From positions 32,001 through 96,000 of the forward strand of contig JBJHCF010000009.1 in NCBI GenBank assembly GCA_050506795.1: 64,000 nt of DNA, written 5' to 3'. Under the pieces are notes generated by a model. The model was not told the DNA's origin and did not search any database. It saw nothing but the letters and a program-made list of their open reading frames with translations. Shown piece by piece: positions 57,529-64,000 of the stretch. Position numbers and translations under genes: made by a program. Origin of the DNA: Opitutia bacterium. GTDB lineage: Bacteria > Verrucomicrobiota > Verrucomicrobiia > Opitutales > T3Sed10-336. Position 1 is the stretch's first letter. Every line of letters begins with the position of its first letter.

Positions 57529-57598
57529 TTTCCGGAAACCGATGTATCCTGATTATTGCATTCTTTCAACCCGCTCTACCCTGTGACTATATTCAATA

Positions 57599-58867
57599 AT
57601 GGGCTCCGGCAAGAATCTCGAGATAATCACCATCGGCAATGAATTGCTGCTTGGCCGCGCCTGCGAAAAACACCTGGGCTACCTGGCCGCGTGGCTCTAT
57701 CCCCGCGGAGTGCATATCCGGCGCAGCGTGGTGGTCCGCGATGCACCCGAGGAAATCGAGGACGAAGTGCGTCGGAGCTGGGAACGGGCGGACATGGTGA
57801 TCACCACCGGGGGTCTCGGCCCCACCTCCGACGACCTCACGCGGGAAGCGGTGGCCAGGGTGCTGGAAGTGGCGTTGTTACGGGACGAGGAAACCGTCCG
57901 TCGGCTGGAGGCCTATTTTCGAGAGCGCGGGCGGTCCATGACGCCGAACAACCTGCGCCAGGCCGATCGGCCGCAAGGATCGGAGCTGATCCCCAACCGG
58001 AACGGCACCGCTCCCGGGATCTGGTACCGCCAGGGTAAAAAGGTCCTGATCATGCTCCCGGGACCGGCGGAAGAACTGCACCCCATGTTCGAAAACGAGA
58101 TTTTGCCCCGGCTGGATGCCGCGGGGCTGGTCGAGCCGGAAGCGCCCTTCGTCGAGATTCGTACCGCGGGTTTGGGCGAGTCGGTATTGGAGACGACGCT
58201 GGAACCGCTTTTGAACCGTTTCCCCGGAATCAAAATCTCCTACCGGGCGCACAGCGCCCTGGTTGACGTCCGTCTCAGTTCCGAGGACGGCGCCTACAAC
58301 CGCGAGGCTCTGGAGGCCATTGGTGCGGAATGCGCCGAGGCCCTGGGTGAAGATTTTGTGGGCTTTGGCTGTCAGATGCTCAGCCGGATCCTCTCCGACC
58401 ACTTGCGCGAACGCGATCAGCTCCTGGCGGTGGCCGAATCCTGCACCGGGGGGCTGCTGGCGAGCTGTTTTACGGATATTCCCGGAGCTTCCAAAACCTT
58501 CGCCGGCGGAGTCGTGGCCTACACCAACGCCGCCAAAGTGCAGCTCCTGGGGGTTCCGGAATGCCTGCTCGCCCAACACGGCGCGGTGAGCCCGGAAGCC
58601 GCCGCGGCCATGGCCACCGGTGTGGCGGAACGCCTTTCCGCCGAATACGCGCTCAGCATCACCGGTTTCGCCGGTCCCGGAGGCGGGAACCGGGACAATC
58701 CGGTCGGCACCATTTATCTGGGCCTGCACACCCCCGAAGGCGTCTGGTCCCGCCGGGTCAACTTCCCCGGCAGCCGCACCACCGTCAAGACCCGCGCCGT
58801 CAACGCCGCCCTCGACTGGCTGCGCCGCGAACTGGCCAACCCCGCCCCGGCCGCAAGCCGGAGCTGA
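57599..58867 (+). CDS. cinA: CinA family protein (molybdopterin-binding domain plus NMN deamidase PncC domain)
   Basis: IGNELL, TTGGLGPTSDDLT, GTAPG, AESCTGG, HGAVS and ITGFAGP. Confidence 0.93.
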   Translation: MGSGKNLEIITIGNELLLGRACEKHLGYLAAWLYPRGVHIRRSVVVRDAPEEIEDEVRRSWERADMVITTGGLGPTSDDLTREAVARVLEVALLRDEETVRRLEAYFRERGRSMTPNNLRQADRPQGSELIPNRNGTAPGIWYRQGKKVLIMLPGPAEELHPMFENEILPRLDAAGLVEPEAPFVEIRTAGLGESVLETTLEPLLNRFPGIKISYRAHSALVDVRLSSEDGAYNREALEAIGAECAEALGEDFVGFGCQMLSRILSDHLRERDQLLAVAESCTGGLLASCFTDIPGASKTFAGGVVAYTNAAKVQLLGVPECLLAQHGAVSPEAAAAMATGVAERLSAEYALSITGFAGPGGGNRDNPVGTIYLGLHTPEGVWSRRVNFPGSRTTVKTRAVNAALDWLRRELANPAPAASRS

Positions 58868-58980
58868 GCACAGAAACCAAGAGCCATACGCGCGGATGCA
58901 TCAGGTTCGGTCCGGGAATTGATCGAGCCTTTTTCGTGGCCAAGCAGAAAGAATTTCGGCAAATTCCGGCTTCATCGAAG

Positions 58981-60093
58981 ATGGCGGACAAACCATTCAC
59001 ATTTATCGGAGGATCCGACGATTTCCTGGTTGAGCGGGCCGGGAAGGAACGTTTCGAGCGGATGACCGCGGACATCGAGGACGATCTGGCGATGGAGGTC
59101 GTGGACGGCTACGCCAACAACGTGGGCGAGGTGGAGAAGGCGGTGAACCAGTTTGTCCAGGCGGTGGACACGATGCCGATGTTCGGCGGGACAAAGGTGG
59201 TCTGGTTCAAGAGCGTGTGTTTTCTCGCCGACTCGGTCACCGGCCGGGCCGAGGGCACTCTGAAACAAGTGGAGCGGCTCCAGGACGTGCTCGGGCGGCT
59301 CGACCCGGCGGCGGTTTCGGTTCTGGTGACCGCCTCACCGGTGGATCGTCGTCGCACCTTCCCAAAATGGCTGGAAAAGACCGCCGACTTCCAGTGGCTG
59401 GCGGCCGCGGGAAGCGGCCGCAATGAAGACCCGCGCGCCCTGGAGGACCTGGTTCGCCGCGAGTGCGCCGCCTTCGGCGTCGAAATCGCGCCCAACGCCC
59501 TGGCACTGCTCACCGCCAAGGTCAACGCCAACACCCGTCTGATGGTGGAAGAAATCCGCAAGCTGGCAACCTACCTCGGGAAGGAGGGCGGTGTGATCGA
59601 GGAACCCCTGGTGGCCGAGCTGGTGCCGGATTTCGGCGAAGGTGACTTTTTCGAGGCGGCGGAGGCCTTTTTTTCCCGCGACCTGGCGTGGACACTGGAC
59701 GCCCTCCGGCGCCATTTTTTCGCCGGCCACGACGCTCGCGGCCTCATCACCACGCTGCAGAACCGCAACCGGATCCTCATCCAGCTCAAAACGCTGCTCG
59801 ACGCCGGCGAAATCCGGATGGGTTACCGGGGACTGGACAAAACCAGTTTCGAACAGGCGGCCCGCGCCCACCGCGAGGCTTTCGGCGATTCCGAGACCAA
59901 ATCCCATTTCAATGTCTTCACCCAGAACCTCTGGTACCTGGGCAAACTCTCCGACGGGGTGAAAGGTCTGACGCTGCGGCGCCTGATCGACCACCAAACC
60001 GAATTCATACGCGCCTTCGAACGGATTCTGACCCACCCGAATGAGCAGGAGGAAGTCATGCGCGATACGGCTATCCGTTGCCTGGGAGAGTAG
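58981..60093 (+). CDS. holA: DNA polymerase III subunit delta
   Basis: GSDDFL, TMPMFGG.KVV, EIRKLATY and the overall HolA layout. Start at ATG 58981. Confidence 0.82.
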   Translation: MADKPFTFIGGSDDFLVERAGKERFERMTADIEDDLAMEVVDGYANNVGEVEKAVNQFVQAVDTMPMFGGTKVVWFKSVCFLADSVTGRAEGTLKQVERLQDVLGRLDPAAVSVLVTASPVDRRRTFPKWLEKTADFQWLAAAGSGRNEDPRALEDLVRRECAAFGVEIAPNALALLTAKVNANTRLMVEEIRKLATYLGKEGGVIEEPLVAELVPDFGEGDFFEAAEAFFSRDLAWTLDALRRHFFAGHDARGLITTLQNRNRILIQLKTLLDAGEIRMGYRGLDKTSFEQAARAHREAFGDSETKSHFNVFTQNLWYLGKLSDGVKGLTLRRLIDHQTEFIRAFERILTHPNEQEEVMRDTAIRCLGE

Positions 60094-60176
60094 GGGAAAC
60101 CAGATCCAAGCTGCTTCGTGGCCGCTAACCTTTTTAACGTGCGTTCCAGGATCACAGGGCGTACAGTTTTTCGCTT

Positions 60177-61595
60177 ATGATTCCCAACGTGCTCGCAGAA
60201 CGGTACGCGTCCGCGCAAATGCAATCCATCTGGTCGGCCCAGGGGCGGGTTTTGATCGAACGCGATTTCTGGATCGCGGTCATGAAAGCCCAGCGCGACC
60301 TCGGTCTGGATATTCCGGAGGAAGCCATCCGGGCCTACGAGGCGGTGCGGGAAACGGTCGACCTGGAATCGATCGACCGGCGGGAACGCAAGACCCTGCA
60401 CGACGTAAAAGCGAGAATCGAGGAATTCTGCGACCTGGCCGGCTGGCAGCACATCCACAAAGGGCTCACCAGCCGGGACCTGACGGAGAACGTGGAGCAA
60501 CTCCAGGTGCACCGTTCTCTGGTCAACCTGCGCCTGAAAACCGGCGCCGCGCTCGGGATACTGGCGGAGCGGGCCCGGGAGTATCGCGATCTCATCGTCA
60601 CCGCCCGCACTCACAACGTGCCCGCGCAACCGACCACCGTCGGCAAACGCCTAGCCATGTCCGGCGAGGAACTCCTGCACGCCTTCCGCCGGCTGGAATC
60701 CCTGATTGAAAGCTATCCCGTGCGCGGCTTGAAAGGGGCGGTCGGCACCCAACTCGATCTGATGACCCTGTTTGGCGGAGATCGGGCCAAAGTGGCCGAA
60801 CTGGAAAATCGGATCCTGGAGTACCTGGGATTCCGTCACGCCCTGGCCAATACCGGTCAGGTGTATCCGCGCAGCCTCGATTTTGAAACCGTCAGCTGCC
60901 TGGCTCAGCTCGGCGCCGGCGCCGGCTCGTTCGCCCGCACCCTGCGCCTCATGGCCGGTCACGAACTGGCCAGCGAAGGTTTCCTGGAAGGTCAGGTCGG
61001 CTCCTCGGCCATGCCGCACAAGATGAACAGTCGCAGTTGCGAACGGATCAACGGATTCAACGCCATCCTGCAGGGTTACGTCGCCATGACCGCGGCCCTG
61101 GCCGGCGATCAGTGGAATGAAGGCGACGTGTCCTGTTCGGTGGTGCGCCGGGTGGCGCTGCCCGACGCGTTTTTTGCCATCGACGGTCTGCTGGAAACCT
61201 TTCTGACCGTCCTGAACAACATGGAGGCCTACCCCGCGGTGATTGAGGCCGAGAACCGGCGCTACCTGCCCTTCCTGGCCACCACCACATTCCTGATGGA
61301 AGCGGTCAAGGCCGGTGCCGGACGCGAGGAGGCCCACCAGGCGATCAAGGAACACGCTTTGGCGGCGGTGCGCGCGTTGCGCTCCGGAGAGACCACGGAA
61401 AACGATCTGCTGGAACGTCTGGCCGGCGATGCCCGCCTTCCCTTGAAACGTTCAGCTCTGGAGGCCATCCTGGCAAACCCGGAGCGCTTCCTTGGTACCG
61501 CCCCGCAACAGGTCGATCGTTTCACCGAGGAGGTCGATACCGTGCTGATACGTTTTCCCGACGCCGCCGGCTACAGACCGGGCCGTATTTTGTAG
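60177..61595 (+). CDS. purB: Adenylosuccinate lyase
   Basis: HDVKAR, HKGLTSRD, RTHNVPAQPTT and GSSAMPHKMN. Confidence 0.96.
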   Translation: MIPNVLAERYASAQMQSIWSAQGRVLIERDFWIAVMKAQRDLGLDIPEEAIRAYEAVRETVDLESIDRRERKTLHDVKARIEEFCDLAGWQHIHKGLTSRDLTENVEQLQVHRSLVNLRLKTGAALGILAERAREYRDLIVTARTHNVPAQPTTVGKRLAMSGEELLHAFRRLESLIESYPVRGLKGAVGTQLDLMTLFGGDRAKVAELENRILEYLGFRHALANTGQVYPRSLDFETVSCLAQLGAGAGSFARTLRLMAGHELASEGFLEGQVGSSAMPHKMNSRSCERINGFNAILQGYVAMTAALAGDQWNEGDVSCSVVRRVALPDAFFAIDGLLETFLTVLNNMEAYPAVIEAENRRYLPFLATTTFLMEAVKAGAGREEAHQAIKEHALAAVRALRSGETTENDLLERLAGDARLPLKRSALEAILANPERFLGTAPQQVDRFTEEVDTVLIRFPDAAGYRPGRIL

Positions 61596-61651
61596 TTTTC
61601 CCGGGACCACGGAAGCGGGAAACACCGCGGAAAACTTAGCGCCGCTCCCGA

Positions 61652-62482
61652 TCAGTCGAGAGTCGGTTCGGTTTCCTCCGGAATCCAGGGTTGCCGGGTC
61701 TCGATGCGCAGTTGACCCGCGCGGCGCAAACCCTCACGGACCTGATGGGAACTCAGATGCGGCACAATATGCCGGAGGGCCTCCGGATTCCCGCCATTCG
61801 ACATGGAAAGGTAACACCAGGCGTAAGCATCCACGAAACTTTGCGGCACACCGCGTCCGTAATAATACATCATTCCGAGATTGTACTGCGCGCGCGCGTA
61901 ATTCTGCCGGGCGGCCTGGCGGTACCACGAGACCGCTTCCGCCGAATTCAACGCCACGCCTTCTCCATTGGCGAAAAGCACCCCCAGGTTGTTCTGGGCC
62001 GGAGCGTAACCCTGGTCAGCAGCCCTGCGGTACCAATTTGCCGCTTCGGCCTGATTGCGCTCCACCCCTTCCCCATGGTCATACAGCATGGCGAGATTGT
62101 ACTGGGCGCGCACATGTCCCTCTTCGGCCGCTCGGCGATACCATTCGGCGGCTTTCTCCAGATCCTGCCCCACGCCTTCGCCCCGATCGTAAATCACTCC
62201 CAGACGGTACATAGCGTTCACATACCCCTGATCGGCGGCCATGCGATACCAGCGAACCGCTTCAAAATTGCTCTGCGGCTCGTGCCGCTGCTTTTCGTAC
62301 ATCCACCCGAGGTAATACTGAACCCCCACCTCTCCGGCTTCTCCTTCGTCGATAAGATTCTGCAGGGTGCGTCCGGCGGAATTTTCCGATCCTGGATTGG
62401 AATTGGCCGTCAGACAGCCATTGAAGAGTGACAGGGCTAATAGGGCGCCCAGGAACGAAAAAATAGTGCGCGGTGAAATCAT
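61652..62482 (-). CDS. Sel1-like repeat protein, probable lipoprotein
   Basis: About five AQxxLG..Y..G.GV......A..WY..AA.QG repeats and a lipobox-like LFNGC. Confidence 0.9.
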   Translation of the reverse strand: MISPRTIFSFLGALLALSLFNGCLTANSNPGSENSAGRTLQNLIDEGEAGEVGVQYYLGWMYEKQRHEPQSNFEAVRWYRMAADQGYVNAMYRLGVIYDRGEGVGQDLEKAAEWYRRAAEEGHVRAQYNLAMLYDHGEGVERNQAEAANWYRRAADQGYAPAQNNLGVLFANGEGVALNSAEAVSWYRQAARQNYARAQYNLGMMYYYGRGVPQSFVDAYAWCYLSMSNGGNPEALRHIVPHLSSHQVREGLRRAGQLRIETRQPWIPEETEPTLD

Positions 62483-62558
62483 GCGGAATAGAAATTAACT
62501 CCAATAGATGACCCCAGAGAGGTCGTTGTTTCAAACTAAATCCGGAAGTAGAACACCG

Positions 62559-63437
62559 CTAATAGCGGTTGGTCGCACCGAAATAACTCAGAAGCCAGAC
62601 TTCCTTCCAAACCCGGTACCGTCCTTCCCAGGTGATTTTCCCGTGTTCGTCCCGCAGATGGGCCGGAATCAGGAACCCGAGATCGGTATTCACCCGCTCC
62701 AGAACCGCCTGCTGATGATTCATGTCATCCACCGGATCGGTCTCGATCGGCGAAACCTCCTCACTGACCGATTTCAGCCGCTTTTGATGCAAACGAAGCA
62801 AACTTGTCGGGCTGCGCCTCCAGGGGCAGCGAACCACCTGCCAGTTTTCCGGGTAGAAGCCGCCGAACGGAAGAAACAGATTGTCGGTGATCAATCGGGC
62901 GCCGGACGCGGTCTGGGAGAGGAAACTGCAGCACGCCGAAACCATTCCCGAGCGACTGGGAATGAAGATGACCTGAAGGCGAATGGTCCGGTCCGGATTA
63001 TCGTACACACAACTGCGAATTCGCAGATCCATCCCCAAATCCGCTTCCAGAGCCTGCGATTTGCGAAAGTGATTCTCATGAAGCCAGTCACGAATCCAGG
63101 TCACCCGTTTCTGCATCGGCCATTCGAGGCCGCTGACATTGCGGGAAAAGCGCGGGAAAAGCGGGATGTCGCTGCGACTCAAGGCGGTTACCGCGAGCCA
63201 GTTGTAAAGCGTCTCCAACAGGAACCAAGCCAGGAAAAACGTGGTGGCCAGTACCCAGAAAGGCCTGCCGCTCCAGCCAAATGATTGCGCCAGGTAGGCA
63301 AAGGCCATGGACAGGACGATCCACCGGAGCCAGCGGCTGAAGATGGCGATGATCGGCGACGCGAATTGCCGGTTCAACAGAATCAGCGCCACCGCCAGTA
63401 CGGTTCCCAGAAAAATCAGATATGGTACGGTGTCCAT
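62559..63437 (-). CDS. Hypothetical membrane protein (three N-terminal TM helices)
   Basis: Long ORF downstream of dnaN on the same strand, with a hydrophobic N-terminus. No family recognised. Confidence 0.7.
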   Translation of the reverse strand: MDTVPYLIFLGTVLAVALILLNRQFASPIIAIFSRWLRWIVLSMAFAYLAQSFGWSGRPFWVLATTFFLAWFLLETLYNWLAVTALSRSDIPLFPRFSRNVSGLEWPMQKRVTWIRDWLHENHFRKSQALEADLGMDLRIRSCVYDNPDRTIRLQVIFIPSRSGMVSACCSFLSQTASGARLITDNLFLPFGGFYPENWQVVRCPWRRSPTSLLRLHQKRLKSVSEEVSPIETDPVDDMNHQQAVLERVNTDLGFLIPAHLRDEHGKITWEGRYRVWKEVWLLSYFGATNRY

Positions 63438-63508
63438 GCTTACTTTCCGAGACCCTGAACCAAGGGGAAAAGATCCGTTTGCCGTTCAGTAAAGAACCGC
63501 GGTCGAGG

Positions 63509-64000
63509 TCAGTTCAACCGTAACGGCATGATGACACAAATGAAGCTGTCCAGAGTCTTGAAGACTCCCGGACTCAACTCATCCTTGATTTCAAGGAAAA
63601 CCTCATCCTGTGGCAACGCCTTGAGGGGATCCATTACGAACTGGGGGTTGAACGCCACCTGGATCTCGGGCCCGCTGTATTCAACCGCCATGGACTCGTG
63701 CGCCTCACCGAAATCCGGACTGGAGGCGGTAATCTCCAGGTGGTTGTCGGCCACTTTGATCCTGACCGTGTTGGACTTGTCGCTGGTCACCAACGCGACG
63801 CGGTGCACACACTGCAGCAGCAATTCCCGGTCGATCTTGATTCGCTGGTGAGTTTCTTTGGGCACCACCTGCTGGTAGTTCGGGTAACTGCCCTCCACGA
63901 TCTTCGAGACCAGATAAATGTTGTCGGCCAGGCCCTCGGCTTCGGTCTCCGTGCCGATTTCGAACGCCACCTGCCGCTCGTTGAAGGCGATTTTCACATC
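63509..64000 (-). CDS. dnaN: DNA polymerase III beta clamp, C-terminal part (5' end outside the window)
   Basis: [28 protein letters not shown] and the VIMPLRL terminus. Confidence 0.95.
   Translation of the reverse strand, partial: DVKIAFNERQVAFEIGTETEAEGLADNIYLVSKIVEGSYPNYQQVVPKETHQRIKIDRELLLQCVHRVALVTSDKSNTVRIKVADNHLEITASSPDFGEAHESMAVEYSGPEIQVAFNPQFVMDPLKALPQDEVFLEIKDELSPGVFKTLDSFICVIMPLRLN

Noticed and set aside
58561..58980. N-terminal extension of holA in the ORF track (similarly the long starts for ltaE, pyrD, trmB and both antitoxins)
   Set aside because: The extensions overlap neighbouring genes, promoters or intron RNA and are low-complexity. Family similarity starts at the downstream codons used above.
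63438..64000. oriC or DnaA boxes near dnaN
   Set aside because: No TTATCCACA-type boxes were noticed. Any dnaA or oriC would lie beyond the right edge.

Overview
GC-rich bacterial chromosome segment, most likely Verrucomicrobiota (Opitutales-like). This is inferred from the VPEPSTYAAIFG-type PEP-CTERM tail, the PVC-type heme-binding protein family member and proteins ending in an FFxIR domain. The window is probably origin-proximal, since it holds mnmE, mnmG with an internal parS palindrome, and dnaN at the right edge. Most of it is housekeeping genes: recA, mnmEG, trmB, rnd, queCE, cysS, hemB, pyrD, argBD, aroA, tyrA, type-B L36/L31, a thyX-like gene, uvrC, cinA, holA, purB and dnaN. Main points of interest: (1) a translationally coupled pair of orphan Hcp (T6SS tube-fold) genes that both carry Sec-type signal peptides, the second with an extra C-terminal domain resembling the tail of a nearby 1358-aa secreted protein, which makes it a candidate Sec-exported Hcp tube or surface system outside T6SS; (2) a complete group II intron inserted into a REP/REPIN-like palindrome that is restored when the intron is removed, with an unoccupied near-identical target at 10.7 kb and an Asp-to-Gly change in RT motif A; (3) two vapBC-type modules with matching leaderless promoter layouts; (4) several families of REP arrays and short-period inverted repeats; (5) a site-2 protease fragment and an L36 gene missing from the ORF track. 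No CRISPR array, rRNA or tRNA was recognised. All family assignments come from reading motifs by eye; no searches were run.
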